DNA from: Alloascoidea hylecoeti
Lineage: Eukaryota
DNA: 64,000 bases
Assembly: GCA_001600815.1 (NCBI GenBank)
Contig: BCKZ01000004.1
Span: forward strand, 620,001 to 684,000
Reading direction: 5' to 3'
In this document: positions 25,401 to 39,284 of the stretch, piece after piece
How positions within the stretch are numbered: position 1 is the stretch's first letter
How the letters are laid out: every line of letters begins with the position of its first letter
Notes under the pieces: model-generated
Seen by the model: the letters and a program-made list of their open reading frames with translations, nothing else
What the model was told of the DNA's origin: nothing
The model's database searches: none
Made by a program: the position numbers and the translations under genes

Positions 25401-28400
25401 TCAAGCCATCAAGCCGAAAATCAGATTGGTTAAACTGATTCAAGATTTTTCCCGTAAAAAGGTAGACACGCAACTTAAGGCATCAAAAGAAACTCTATTT
25501 GATGCAATTATGATACTGTTAAGTTGGTTTGAAAATGCTACTTTTCATGAGGAGAATGGTGTCACTACAATATCTTCAAAAAAAAAATTTAATGAAGTCA
25601 ATTATTTGTTTTCTGATCTGTCACTTGAATGTATTACATCAATTTCATATCTAACAAGAAATAGTAATACAATTTTAGTGCCCCAGACTGATTCAGAGGA
25701 AGATTATTTACTAGCAAAATCAGCAAAATATGGAGAGATTTTTGCAGTGATATTTAAAGGATTGGAAAAGATGCAGGGCTACTCAACGTTAATATATAAT
25801 AGTTCTAGTAGTTTTATGACAAAATCTATCTCCACTAACAATTCGGAAAATTATACCGTCGTTAATTATAATCTGAGTGAATCGCATTTTAAACGTTCTG
25901 GAGCAATTTCGCAATTTATTATCCAATCTTTGACTAACCTCCTTGTCTCTAATCCAGATGTTGGACTAAAGTTCAGCTTACCTATGGGTTACCATCAAAA
26001 TCCAAAAATTAGATCAGCTTTTCTTAAAGTATTCACCTCTATCACACAAGAAGGAATCTCTCATAAGCTCTATGAACACGGTGAACACAAGTTTGATTCT
26101 TTGAGATCGCTTCTTCTGAATAATATGTCTGTATGCACTCGTGTCTGCGATTTATGCCCAGCCCAAGAGGTCGACGATCTTGCGAATGGATTATTAAATT
26201 TATATGAGACAGAAGGAAGAGGCTTACCCTTATTAAAGGAATTGGTTATACGAGAGATAGAAAACACTACTAGAGTTGTGGACTTATTAAGAAGAAACAG
26301 TATTGCTACTCGGATGCTGTCGTTATATGCTAGGAAATATGGCTCTCGGTATCTTACTGATACACTAGGCTCCATTCTTCAAAACTTTATTGACCAACCT
26401 GATCAGTACACGTTTGATCTTACCATTAGTCCAGACAAGTTTGGCTTACGGGAACGTACCGCAACTGAAAATGTCAAAAGATTTATGAAAGTTTTAAATA
26501 TTTTTGCCAATGCATTCTGTGATTCTTTCAATATGATGCCCTCATCTTTCAAAGAGATCTGTAAAGTTATATATGACGCCGTGGCTCCAAGATTTCCAGA
26601 AGCGGCAATCACATCAGTAGGATCTTTTCTATTTCTTCGTTTTTTCTGTCCAGCAATCGTCGCACCACAATCAGAAGGTTTAGTTAATCACCATCTTAAT
26701 AAAGATGTAAGAAAGGCATTGCTGATGCTCGCAAAAATAATTCAAAATATGGCAAATGGAAAATTATACACTTTAAAAATTCCATTACTATACGATAGGA
26801 TGATGGAATTAAATCGGATTAACGACAATATTGCTAATTTCATAAGAAACTCCGCTATAAATCACCCTACTCATCTTGCCTCAGAATTAACTGTGATTGA
26901 CCCCGTTTCTCCCTCAGATGTTAAGACTGTTATGGAAAACGCAAGATTTATTCATAGCTTTTTATACAATCATTGGGATAAAATAAATAAAATAATACTA
27001 GGTGAGAATAATCAAATTAAAGGATCAATAAGCAGTACTAATCACTCATTAACGAGTACCAAATTTTTTGCTGTGTCTGATGATTCTCAATCAGACTATG
27101 AAAAATTGCACCAACTTCTAGAAACTATTGGGCCGCCAAGAATAATCAGATCATCAACGGAGGCTACTATTTCTAACGCTTCTGATTATAGTGATGAAAC
27201 AGAAAGAAAGTTTCAGGATTTTATGGCTAAGAATTCTACAAAGGATTTTGGAACGACTTTGGAAAAGCAAGCGGTCCATGAAGGAGTTTCTAGTGATGGG
27301 TCATTGTATTTAATAGCATTATGGGGTATTTATGATTCTGGTGCAGCCGTAGATATTGATATGTTGCTTTATAGATGCTTTTCAGTGTTACTAAAATTAA
27401 AGGGAAGGAAGTTTTCAATAATATTCGATTGTACTGGCTATACCGAAAATACCACATTAACTGCAGATGTTCCTCTGAGATTTAACACATTATGCCCACC
27501 ATCTCTAATTGAAAATTGTGAAGGAATCCATTACTATAATGTTTCATCCGACTTTTTACCTAGTTTGAAGCTGATCACCGAAAATAATTCTACAGGATTA
27601 ATTTTAAATCCTTATACTATTCCATTCCGGTTTTATTCTTCTTATACTGAGGAAGAGGATTTGAAATCAAAGCCATTTGGACTTAGTAGAATGGCCAGGA
27701 TTATCATCAACGACAAAAGATCTAGATTCGCTAATTCATCATTCTACGATCAGAAAACTCGAAAGTTTACATTGGCTGAAATTAGCGTTGGCCAGGAATA
27801 CATTCAAATACATCAGGCAGAAAGAATCGGATTGAAATGTGGCGAGTCTATAGAATTTGTCAGAACACTTGACGTTTACCATGCCACGAATGTGAAACGT
27901 TCATATTTATCTCATAGAACAGGTTCGGATAATGAATTCTCTTTGGATCTTTCATCGGGTAAAACTGTTATTCTTACAAGTCCTAACCAAAAAGAAATTG
28001 TTGGTGCTATAAACACTACCATCCAGAGGTACAGCGAAAATTCATCTTCGACTTCTTCGGATGAAACAGCTGTCTACTCAATTCAGGATGTTATTTCTAT
28101 CTTTTGCAATATAGCACTCGCTTCTCTGTGTAGTGACGAGGCTGATGTGAGAACTGCTGGTTATAACTTGGCATATGCAATTAATAAAGTATTCTTTGCT
28201 GTCAAAAAAATAATTACTTTACCCTCGGAAGGGTTGTTTATACCTAAAAATAATATTCACTGTTCTCTTTCTATATCAGAAGAATGGGTTAAATCATCAC
28301 CTAATATGACATACAGCTTTATTTCAAATTTCTTCAAGGCTTATGATATGACAACTTCCAATAGGAGGGATTTGATTATATTATATGTTGCGCCATGGAT

Positions 28401-30390
28401 TCCTTACATTCATACTAATGTTTATTCCCAGGTGAATGGCCCAAGAAAAACAAAGTATCTCATTCGGAATTTTTTAAGAATATATTCCAATTCCAAAACT
28501 CAAATTTCAATATTCCAGGAATATATATGGAAGCCTCTGTGCGAAAACGAAGACTTAGCTAATATAATTGTAGATGAAATAATTAATTTTGCAATTGACA
28601 AGCAAAATGAGAATGGCGATAGTGAGGACATAATTTCAATTCTTTCTATATGCCCTTTACATAGTCATTGTCAAGAAATTACGAAGAGACTACTAAATAT
28701 ATCTGCTGTGCCGTCTGAAGAATTCATAGAAGCAAAAGCATTGGCACATGTTCAATCAAATTGGGTGGAAATAACTGTTCTTTTTAAAGCTACATTAGTA
28801 CTTACTTTTAATAATTTAGAAATCTGTAAAGCCATTTTTCCTGAGATGGTATATATTGGTTTAATTTTCTTAGGAAGAGGCACATTTGGAATGAGAGCTA
28901 TCCTAAAACAGCTTATTATTAATACATTTCAGGTGTTCCAAACAGATGAAAAATTAGTTGGCACTGCGAATAAATTAGGCTTATTACTTGACAAATTTAC
29001 AAATGATAAGGTTAATATATCGCTTGGGGTCAGCATGCTAAACGATGAAAAAGATGTGAGTGAGATTGCCCACACTCCTGGATTAGTGAAGGCAATCGAA
29101 AACTATAGTGCATATTTTGTTGAATATCTTGAGTTGGTTGCTGAAAATAAAGCCGAGGCAGCAAAATGGAAAGGGAAACTTATGTCGTTGGTGGAAGAGG
29201 CTTCTTTCAGGGATGATTCGGCAGTTCGGGCAAGAGCATTGCTCGTTATGGGATTTCTCTTTAAAGATGAAAATACAGATACTTTGTTACCGAAGGTCTT
29301 ACGACTTTTGCAGAAAGCAAGTGATCCTCAATTAGTTACAGATCCAGTGGCAGTCGATTTAAATGTCTGTATAGTTGAATGTCTTACTCGAATTTCCGGA
29401 GGGCTTTCAAGGAAATCACCCTGGCTGGGAAAATTGTTTTGGATAGCGTTTTCATGTGTGCAGTTTTGTCATTTGGAATTATTCATGTCTTCTATTAAGT
29501 TGGTTGCTACTATTTTAGAAAGAATGGATAAAAATGGTCTATTTGTTAATGGTGAAATGATTAGGATTTTAAGCGAAGAACGAAAGGTTTTTGGAACATG
29601 TTTCGATAATATTGATTCTCTTGAAAGTGTTAAATATTCACCCGAAATGTTTGATAATTATATTCGAGCTAATGTGCTGAAAGGACTTTTCTATGCTCCA
29701 TCAAGAAGTTATACAATGGATGCATTGGCAAGAATAATGGCCGTTGAAGTAAAGAATCTACAGTTGTACAAGAAGATCCACCCTGTTATGAAACGAGAAG
29801 ATCAAATTTATCCAGCACTTATTCTTGATATGTTAACAATTTTTTCTGTAGATAATAAACAAACAAAGCGTTATGCTGATATATTTGAACAAGAAGCAGA
29901 AATGGTTAATACTGGTGAAAATATTCTGGTGCCTAAAGTAATTATGGATATGTTTGAGGGTGATTTAGATTTTGCTCTTGTATCTGGTTATTTAGAATTG
30001 TCGCAATATAAATTAATCGGAAATGATGATTTTGTTTTGCTAAGATTTTTGAGATGGCTGATAACTTGTGATAGTATACCTTTGAAATTTCTTGTATTAT
30101 CTATGATGGAGGACAAATTCATTGAGATTTTCGAGCATTCCACTTCTTTCCCAATTATATCTGCAGCACAAATATCTCTAAAGGAAATAACTGTTCATCC
30201 AGATTATAATAGTGATCTTTCATTATATCGACAAAAGTTTATGGATGCAGTTGATAAATACGGTTTTAGAAACCTCACGATCGATGTTTTTACAGACCCT
30301 AAAAAGATCAATATATCTGCTAGCATTGAAAGATGTAGTCTCATAAAGAAGTTATTAGAAATAGCCTTCTCTATCGAGCCTTCATGCTGA
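22452..30390 (+). CDS. IRA2: Neurofibromin-like Ras GTPase-activating protein (Ira1/Ira2 family); introns 22497-22562 and 22713-22794
   Basis: RasGAP arginine-finger region DLLRRNSIATR and FLFLRFFCPAIV motif, followed by Sec14/PH-like segments. Two upstream exons (MTTII..., LPIETG...) join in frame. IRA1 and IRA2 cannot be distinguished. Confidence 0.88.
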
Positions 30391-30794
30391 ACATGAGTTA
30401 TTTTCTATGTGATATAGCTCTTATTATTTTTCATGTATTTATATCTTTAGATGTGATTGCGATCCAATACAGTGCAAGATAAACGAGTCTTAAAATAATT
30501 TACTATGAATAATGAACAAAAATTATGAATTAAACGATATAAACTAATACAAACGTTAAAGTAAACAAAGTCTAGCTTTCTAAAGTCATCCTATAATTAT
30601 AAATAGTTGCATTCAAATATGTAAATTAACACGCACTAATATATGATATATTGATATATTGTTAATCATTACAGAAGTGTGAGAACTTTTTTCAGAACCA
30701 ATATAGCTGTTTTCCATATCCCTCTATATGCAAGATATATTCAAATTTACCAACTTTTTTTATTTCTTACCTTTAAGTAGTTTTTCAATTAGAA

Positions 30795-33700
30795 TCAATT
30801 GCTTGAGATTATAACGTATTCAGTTACTGTTTTAAATCTTTCAGCCATTAATTTTAAAGCAACAAGTAATAATTCATTATAAATTTTAATACAATCATCA
30901 CTTTCCTGTAATTTTTTTAAATTTTCAGAATCGAGATACCAAATAACACTTTCTGCCTCAGCAACTAAAGAAGTTAGTGAAGTATCAATATTGCCAAATT
31001 CTGAAATGGGACAAGAAGTATTCAATGAATTGTTATAAAAAAATGATTCACCAAATGCCGTACCAGGTAAAACACTTTGACTAAATGATCCTGAATCAAT
31101 ATCAAAATCTGCTCTTAATAAGCCGGATTCGACTATAAAAAATCTAACTGGCATGCCGGGCCTATAAATTATATGGTCTTTTCTTATAACCAGTTTCGTT
31201 AAAAATGGGCTTAGATTTTTCCAAAATTCTATAGGTTGGTCTGAAATATCCTGTAATACCGTCAACAATAAAGGCAAAGGTTCTTTCCATTGATTCAGGT
31301 TTGAATCGGCTGATGTTTGTAAATATGTATCTTGCTGTATAATTGAGTTTGCAGCCTTACGAACAAAATTATTTCTTGGCGAATTAGAAAAGTTGGCTAT
31401 TGAGAAAGCCCTCATTGGATTATCAACCTTTAGAGGTTGGCTTGTAACCGACAATGACCCAGCATTTCCATTACCAGTATCCTTTATAGTTAATTCTCTT
31501 AATTGTGACTGCTGTTCATAATGATCGCGATGAGTGTAATATGTTGTTAAAAATTCATTTTCACACCATTCTAAAGTTGAATTTAAATCAGTAAATAACT
31601 GAACATTAGAGTAGCATTTATCATTTTCTTCTATTTCCCCTTTAGGTGAAGATTTATCATCATCTAAAACACCAACTGCTTTTAAGCCAGATAAAACAAC
31701 ACTGTTTTCTTGTACAGATGAAATAATTAAATATGATCTATTTGAAGCAACAAGTCTTTTAACTCTTGTGAAAGCTTCAGCGGCAGAGAAATCAATATCA
31801 GTTACATCGGACATATCCAAAATTAAATATCTTATTGATTGTTCAGGATTATCAAACAATTCTAAGATAAATTTTTCTGTCTGAACGATTTTTCCAAAAA
31901 ATATTGAGCCAGTCAACTTTAATAATTTAATTTGTTCTCCAACTTTTGTTAAAAATCGTTTTTGAAATGCTGGTCTACGTACTAAAGATCTTGCATTAAT
32001 TCCCGAATGGGTTGCTCTAATACTTTTATTTTGTGATTGTTGAAATGTAAATGTAATACATGCCATTATTATACCAATAACAATTCCCAGAACGAAATCC
32101 AAAGCACCCATAGAAACCACCATCACAATAATTGTGATATATTCAAATTTTGAGACTTTATGATATGGTTCAATAATACTTTCAACTAGTAATTCTAGTC
32201 CAAGAAGAAATATAAGAGCGCCAACTACCATAATTGGAATATAGCCAACAACAACTGGACCAATAACCATAATAATACCAGTACCAATTGCTAGCATAAC
32301 ACCAGCTAACCGGCTATCAGCCCCAGAACGACGAAATAAAACACTATTTGTATATACAAGATAATTTTGAATACTACCAATCATACCCGATAGAACATTT
32401 GAAATACCGTGAGCGACTAATTCTCTATCAACATCAACCCTATCCATTTCAACAGACACAGCTAAAGCAGGAACATTAATTGGAACATGCAATATACCAA
32501 AAAATGTCAATGCTAACATTGTTGGGAAAGTTTCAAGTAGAACATTCCAATGAACCAAACGAAAGTCAAATAAGCTATAAAACTCATACCATGGTTCATT
32601 TGTTGCAGGTAAATCAAATAACCATCCATTGTCTCTTGCTTTTTCAATTGATAACCATGGAACAGCGGCGATAATGATATGAAAAACCGCAAAAACAACT
32701 ATAAAATAAGCAGGAACCACTATTGCATTATTGTTAAATTTTTGTACAAAAATTAAAAGAATTGCAAGGACTAAAGGTGTAAACCATTTAATGAAAGTGT
32801 CAAAATTTAAAAACAGTTCGGTAAATGTAGCAAGATTATATTCCAATGAACCAGATAATCTTGAAGAAACTTCAATTCCAGTAACAACTAGAAAATAACC
32901 AATACCACCAATGCAACCAACCAGTATGTGTCTTGGGAAAAAGCCAATTAGCTCGCCCAATTTCATATAACCTAAAATGAAAAACGCCACACCTGTAACT
33001 ACTGAACTAATACAAAAAGCGGTAATTGTAGTGGCTAGAATGGCATCGGGTTGATCAGTTCCGATTTTATACATAATTGAAAGAGCCATGCTATGGAAAA
33101 ATGGGGTGACTTCGATCATTTCAGAACCAATACCAACAGCAAAGGCCGAACCACCAAGAGAATAAACCAATTGGGAGACTATGCAACTAACATAAAACAT
33201 TGATAGACCGGCGGGGCCAAGATGACTAAATATTGGTTCACCAATTGGGAACATAATCATACCATAAGATAACCCATCTAAAATATTTAATAAAACACCG
33301 AGAAAAACAGATGGGATGAGTCTAATTGGCTTTATTATGCATTCATCAAGAATTGTTTCTTTATTAATAGTTTTTAGTTTTTGGCAATTTGATAAGAATT
33401 TTGATTTAATTGTTGGCATTAATGATTCCTCATCTGCTTCCAGATGTACCGAAATATTTGGAATAGAATCTGAATGTGATGGGCGAGCTGAAGGTGAAGT
33501 ATTAGTTGGAGATAAGCTTCCATTGTTGGTTGATTGGACATTATAGTTGTTGCCTGCGTTAGATAAGTTTAACAAAGGAGATGTTTCATTTATATCATAG
33601 GCATCGGTAAGATTATCATTTCTATTGGTTATTTTAAACGGGTCCCTCATATTTCGGGGGGACAGTTTTTCAGGCCTATCCAGCATATTCGAAAGCTGGG

Positions 33701-34189
33701 ACTTATGACTTGGTGTAGGATGGAATTCGCCTTTTCTTTGGGATGAATTTGTAGCCACTGGGATTGAGGAGGTTGGTGGTTGGGTTGAAGAGGTCGATGT
33801 TTGTTGTTCGTCATCTTGATCAAATATTGCATTGCCGAAGACATCATTGCTTATGTTTGCGCTCAAAGCTAAATTGGCAAGTTCAGCTGTTTGTTCTCTG
33901 ATGGAACCACGAGAGTGAACAGCTGGTAAGGAAGATGAAGAAAGTGGAGAGTTATCTATAACCCATAGGGTAAGAAAATAGGTTAGTAATTAAAGTATGA
34001 AAAATTGAAAGATACAAAGAATTTTTACCTACTATTTCTATTACTGAGCGAGCCATAATAAAAAGACCGACCTATTGTACTACCATAGTTTGCAAATAAA
34101 GCGTCCGATAACGAAGGTTTGTGGCGGCCTGGACCTGAGGCCGACAGACCCTCAAGAGAATTTTCGGAGTGTGAGTTGTCTTGGCTCAT
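30795..34189 (-). CDS. VSB1: SulP/SLC26-family transporter with STAS and cNMP-like domains (Vsb1/Ygr125w type); intron 33956-34032
   Basis: LLNILDGLSYG, GSEMIEVTPFFH, FFGILHVPINVPAL, GSIQNYLVYTNS, STAS IDFSAAEAF. Exon 1 MSQDNSH..., GTAGGT donor, TACTAAC branch and TAG acceptor join in frame to SIREQTAELA. Confidence 0.88.
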
Positions 34190-34364
34190 TGCTCCTCGAT
34201 TGCTGAAGAAAGAAAAAGACGACGGCTGTGGAGCTAATTTCATACACAAACAAAAAACTTAATAAAAATCTCTTACTTACCTGCGTCTGCAAGATAAGCT
34301 TTAGCGTGCTTTCCTTTCTTGGTTATTTATTATTTAATAACATATGCATATATGCATAATATAC

Positions 34365-34395
34365 TCACGTGACCTGGATCTTCAATATGACTCTT
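34365..34395. promoter_or_regulatory. Cbf1-type TCACGTGAC and Gcn4-type ATGACTC sites in the divergent VSB1/STR2 promoter
   Basis: TCACGTGAC at 34365-34373 and ATGACTC at 34387-34393, just upstream of a sulfur amino-acid gene. Confidence 0.55.
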
Positions 34396-34425
34396 CTCTA
34401 ATTCTTTAAAAACATCAAAACAAAA

Positions 34426-36105
34426 ATGGCTTCGGAAGCTGGAACACCAATTCCAAATAATACTCCCCATGCAGTTTCTGTATCCCTTCCAACTTGGGAG
34501 GCCACAGTTGCATATGAAGAAGGTGAAAAATGGATAACTGAAAAAATGGTCTCAGGGTATCCTAGATTTTATATTCATTCTATAATTCAAGAACTTCAAT
34601 CTCATATCTTAAAAACTTATGGAAGAGATGGTGAATCATGTATTATATTTTCGTCATATTCATCTGCTAAACGGTGTCGTGCTTTTATAAAAGATCAAGC
34701 CCTAAAAGAAGATCCTCATTCGATCATCGCCGTTAGGATCTTACAGCTAACAACACCTGCTCCTATAAATGATATTGAAGCCTCATACCGAATTCAAGCA
34801 ACCATTTCTGTCGTTTTCTTTCCTACACAATTTTTTAATTTTGCAAAAGGTTATTGGCAACATGCAGGTGAGGGTATTAGTTCAAGGCAAGGAGAATATG
34901 TTTTACAAGAATTTTTGAGATTAGAAAGGAAAGAAAATAAAACAAAAGTTACTGATCCTGATGCAGAATATTCAAGATTTATTGAAGAACGATTTGGTAG
35001 AAATTTGGATTTAAAATTTTATCCAAAAGCTTTGAGTGCTTTAAAAAAAAGAATATCTGGTAATTTTGCCGATACAGATAACGTAAATACTACTCTTTCA
35101 ACAAATTCAAGAGCATCTCAGTTGACTGAAGATGATGTTTATTTATTACCAACAGGTATGTCTGCCATATTTCATTCACATCTTACCTTATTACATGCAT
35201 TTGATCCCAGAAAAAGTATACAGTTCGGATTTCCATACGTTGATACATTAAATATTTTAAAAAAATTTGGTCCTGGTGTGGAATTTTATGGATTTGGTGA
35301 AGATAAAGAGTTGGATGATATTGAAGCAAGATTAAAATCTGGTGAAAGATTTCTTGGTTTATTTACTGAAATTCCATCAAATCCAATGCTAAAGACTGCA
35401 AATTTGGAAAGAATTCGAAAGTTAGCTGATGAATATGACTTCTGTGTTATTATCGATGAAACTGTTGGAAATTCTTATAATATTCATGCTTTACCTTATG
35501 CTGATATTGTTGCATGTTCTTTAACAAAAGTTTTCAGTGGAGATTCAAATGTAATGGGTGGAAGTTTAGTACTTAATCCACAATCAAAATTTTATAATAA
35601 ATTAAAATCATCTATAAATGATATTTTTGAAGATATTTTTTGGGCTGAGGATGTTATTTATCTAGAAAGAAACAGCAGAGATGTTTCTCATAGAAATGAT
35701 ATTATCAATGAAAATTCAGAAGCTGTTGTCAAATTATTTCAATCAAGACCTGATTTAATCAAGGAAATTTATTATCCAACCCTTGTACCTTCAAAGAAAT
35801 ATTATGATATAATTAAATCTGAAACAGGTGGTTATGGGGGATTGTTATCGTTAGTTTTTCAGAAACCTAAACAGGCACAAATCTTTTTTGATACTCTAAA
35901 TTTAGCAAAAGGTCCAAGTTTAGGTACGAATTTCACATTAGCTTGTCCTTATGCAATTTTAGCTCATTATCAAGAGTTAGATATGGTTGAAAAATGGGGT
36001 TTAAATAGGGACATGGTTCGAATTAGTATTGGTTTAGAAAACAGACCAGATTTATTGAAGACCATTACATTGGCTTTGGAAGCAGCAGCAACTGAATCAA
36101 AATAA
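34426..36105 (+). CDS. STR2: Cystathionine gamma-synthase (Str2/Met-7 family)
   Basis: PHAVSVSLPTW, GYPRF, WQHAGEGISSR, FIEERFGRNL, GFPYVDTL, PLP-lysine motif SLTKVFSG, KGPSLGTNFTL. Confidence 0.92.
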   Translation: MASEAGTPIPNNTPHAVSVSLPTWEATVAYEEGEKWITEKMVSGYPRFYIHSIIQELQSHILKTYGRDGESCIIFSSYSSAKRCRAFIKDQALKEDPHSIIAVRILQLTTPAPINDIEASYRIQATISVVFFPTQFFNFAKGYWQHAGEGISSRQGEYVLQEFLRLERKENKTKVTDPDAEYSRFIEERFGRNLDLKFYPKALSALKKRISGNFADTDNVNTTLSTNSRASQLTEDDVYLLPTGMSAIFHSHLTLLHAFDPRKSIQFGFPYVDTLNILKKFGPGVEFYGFGEDKELDDIEARLKSGERFLGLFTEIPSNPMLKTANLERIRKLADEYDFCVIIDETVGNSYNIHALPYADIVACSLTKVFSGDSNVMGGSLVLNPQSKFYNKLKSSINDIFEDIFWAEDVIYLERNSRDVSHRNDIINENSEAVVKLFQSRPDLIKEIYYPTLVPSKKYYDIIKSETGGYGGLLSLVFQKPKQAQIFFDTLNLAKGPSLGTNFTLACPYAILAHYQELDMVEKWGLNRDMVRISIGLENRPDLLKTITLALEAAATESK

Positions 36106-36489
36106 ACAGATGTATATATCTCATATTGCTGAATCCAAGAGTAAGGCCTCTCCAAAAATAAGTTACAGACAATAAAAATCATTAAAATAAAACAACATAT
36201 AATTTGCAATTAGACATGGTTGTTTTTGCTCATATATTATTAATTCATAAATACAAATTATTAAAAGTTCAACCCTTTTAGTAATAATAGAAATATATTA
36301 TAGCATTGAAAAATAAAATTATGATTATACTTCCGTTAATGGATCATGTTCATCTAATCTCATGATTATGAGCTAGTTCTATAAATATTCAAATTTAACA
36401 TGACCTTAAACTGACTTCCCAATTTAATTGGCGGTGTAATAAAATGATGGTGATTCAATTAATACAAATTAGTAGTTCGTAATAACATT

Positions 36490-36903
36490 AATAGTCAATC
36501 CGTTCGTTGTCCTATAGTTTGATCAATCCCAGAAAAACACCAGACCCACCAGTAGTATAGTCAACCCATTACAAAAATCAAACGTTAACGTATGTCATTT
36601 ACACTCACAACCCTTGATTATAAATAAGATTCTACATACAAACCAATTCAATCGCTGTTCCGATCCTCAGGTACCGTGACCATGGGCTATGGGGTACTTC
36701 TCTAGATCAGCAAGTAACCAAAAAATTATCGATATCCCTTACATATTACCTCGAACAGTGCTTTTGTTATGGTATAGAAGACCTAGGAATTGTGATCGGT
36801 GCAGTACCCTCACCCAAATTTCAATTGAAAAGCCCCAATGTTGTAGAATATTGGTGACCTCACGGATAGCATAGCCACTCGTGATGGAAGTATTAAAAAC
36901 TTG
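36490..36903 (-). pseudogene. Possible spliced-gene remnant, family unknown
   Basis: 88-codon segment (QVFNTSITSGYAIREVTNIL...LLADLEKYPIAHGHGT*GSEQRLNWF) with two stops, between a TAG and an in-phase GTATGT donor. The next intron-like stretch ends in TAA. Confidence 0.25.
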
Positions 36904-37503
36904 CTAGCTTAAGGGTTATTGAAATAATAAGATTATATTACACATAAAGTATTAACATAGTAATATCCCTTTATTTAGTTGTCAGCCGCAAGAACTTATT
37001 TTAAACAAAGATGTCTAGACGTTTATAAACTATCAATGTATCTTATCGATATCTGCTTATTAAAAATTGTTTAGTTTAGAACGATTACATATATTATATA
37101 CACAATTGCAAGCATTTACACCGTTTAACAGATCAGCTTTACCTATATGTAAATGCTTGATCATGATAAATAATGTCATGCATATTTATTTACGATACCG
37201 AACTACAGCTAAATCAGGAAGGTCCTTGCGTGCGCTTTTAGTAAACCATTAACCCCCAAACTATAGAGTCATGTTGTGATAGGCTTATAAATGAAAATCG
37301 GAAGGATGCTCACTTTTTCACTCGTCCTAATTTTGTTAGAGAGTCGTTATCGGTAAAAACTGTCTTGGGCATTCGACCCGATCATATATAATTAAGTTAT
37401 AGACCCGCGGGTTCCGTTCCCCACCCCACAGAAAAGCACTAAGATAACGTCCGCACTCATATATAAACCCAAATAATCCATCCTTCTTTAAATATATCAC
37501 TCA

Positions 37504-39174
37504 ATGGTATTTTGTGGTTATTTTGAGTACAAGAGGGTGATAGAGCAGAAGCAGCTAGAACGCCGGGATAAGATAGCTGCTCTGACGGAGTATCGGAAAC
37601 CACTAACCCCTGTGGATCTTGATATCTTATCTAAACCTGCTTCTGAAGTTGTTGATCTTGTTCATAAAGGTGAATTAGTACCCCTTGATGTATTGAAAGC
37701 CTATGGTAAAAGGGCGCTCGAAGCTCACGCTGAAAATAATTGTATTACCGAAATACTAATTGAAGATGCTGAAGAATGGGCAAAGAAAGCTGCTAATAGT
37801 AAAGGACCGTTAGCGGGGTTCCCGATTTCATTGAAAGATACAGCTGGTATTATTGGTTATGATTCATGTATGGGTTATGTTAATTATTGTAATAAACCCT
37901 TTAGGAGATATTCAACAATTGTTCAAATCTTACTTGATGCTGGTGCCGTTCCCTTTGTAAAGACTAATGTTCCACATACATTGTTATCTTTTGAATCATA
38001 TAACGATGTGTGGGGTAGAACGGAGAATCCGCATGTTCATGGTTATTCAGCCGGTGGATCAACGGGTGGTGAAGCTTCTCTATTATCTTTTGGTGGCAGT
38101 AGACTTGGAATTGGTACCGATGTCGCAGGATCTGTTCGTATTCCTTCTCATTTCTGTGGTTCATATACTGTTAAATGTTCAAGTGGTCGTTTCCCAAAAG
38201 CTGGCAATGGAACAACTATGCCTGGTCAAGATGCTATTCCTTCAGTTTATTCCCCAATGACAAGAACTCTTGGTGATTTAAAGTTTCTGCTGAAGGCTGT
38301 TTTGGATATGAAACCATGGGATTATGATTATAGTGTTCATCCAATTCCATGGAGAGAGGTTGAATTGCCTAAAAAGCTTACCGTTGGTGTGTTATATGAT
38401 GATGGTGTTATTATTCCTAGTCCTGCTTGTGCTCGTGCTCTTGAAAGTACCGTCCAATCATTGAAAGCCCAAGGGCACACAGTTATTCCATTCCAACCTC
38501 CTGATTTACTAAAAGCTTTAAGAATTGCTTCTCAATTACTTTGTTATGAAGCTGGAAAGATTTGTTTAAGAGATAAACATCCATGGGAACAAACTGATTT
38601 TGGTGTCGAAAGAATGTTTAAAGCACAAAGATATCCAAGATGGGTTAAGAAAATCTGGTCTTGGTATCTTCGATATATTAAAAAAGATGAAGTTTGGGCA
38701 ACTTTAATCGAAGGTTGGAATGAAAAAACATCTACTGAAGTATGGGATTTAATTGCAGAAAGAGAAGGATTTAGAGCTGGATTCTTTGATGCTTGGAAAG
38801 AATCGAAGATTGATGTGCTAATCACACCACCAAATGCAACACCTGCTTTCCCACATAATGGATTATATGAATCAATTTCTTCTTGTGGTTATACATTTCT
38901 ATTCAATTTATTAGATTATTCTGCCGGTATTTTACCTGTCATTAAAGTTGATAAGAAGTTAGATCAATTACCAAAAGATTTTAACTTCAAGAAATTGAAT
39001 GGCGTTGCTAAAGGTGCTTATATGAGTTATGATGCTGATAAAATGCATGGATTGCCTGTTGGTGTTCAAGTTGTTGGCCGAAGATTAGAAGAAGAGAAAG
39101 TTATTAAAGTTATGGAGATAATTGAGGATTCGTTACATAAAGCGGGTGTTGATTATCCATTATTAAACGCTTAA
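37504..39174 (+). CDS. Amidase signature family protein (acetamidase/Amd2-like)
   Basis: GFPISLKD, PFVKTNVP, AGGSTGGEA, IGTDVAGSVRIP, GLPVGVQVVG. Confidence 0.92.
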   Translation: MVFCGYFEYKRVIEQKQLERRDKIAALTEYRKPLTPVDLDILSKPASEVVDLVHKGELVPLDVLKAYGKRALEAHAENNCITEILIEDAEEWAKKAANSKGPLAGFPISLKDTAGIIGYDSCMGYVNYCNKPFRRYSTIVQILLDAGAVPFVKTNVPHTLLSFESYNDVWGRTENPHVHGYSAGGSTGGEASLLSFGGSRLGIGTDVAGSVRIPSHFCGSYTVKCSSGRFPKAGNGTTMPGQDAIPSVYSPMTRTLGDLKFLLKAVLDMKPWDYDYSVHPIPWREVELPKKLTVGVLYDDGVIIPSPACARALESTVQSLKAQGHTVIPFQPPDLLKALRIASQLLCYEAGKICLRDKHPWEQTDFGVERMFKAQRYPRWVKKIWSWYLRYIKKDEVWATLIEGWNEKTSTEVWDLIAEREGFRAGFFDAWKESKIDVLITPPNATPAFPHNGLYESISSCGYTFLFNLLDYSAGILPVIKVDKKLDQLPKDFNFKKLNGVAKGAYMSYDADKMHGLPVGVQVVGRRLEEEKVIKVMEIIEDSLHKAGVDYPLLNA

Positions 39175-39284
39175 TTACATGGTATATTATGATATTTAGA
39201 TGTATAATTAAATCAAACATTTCCTACTTGTGATATACGTAAATTATTTAAGTCCGGTTCGGGCGAGTCTCTCACATGCTTAAA

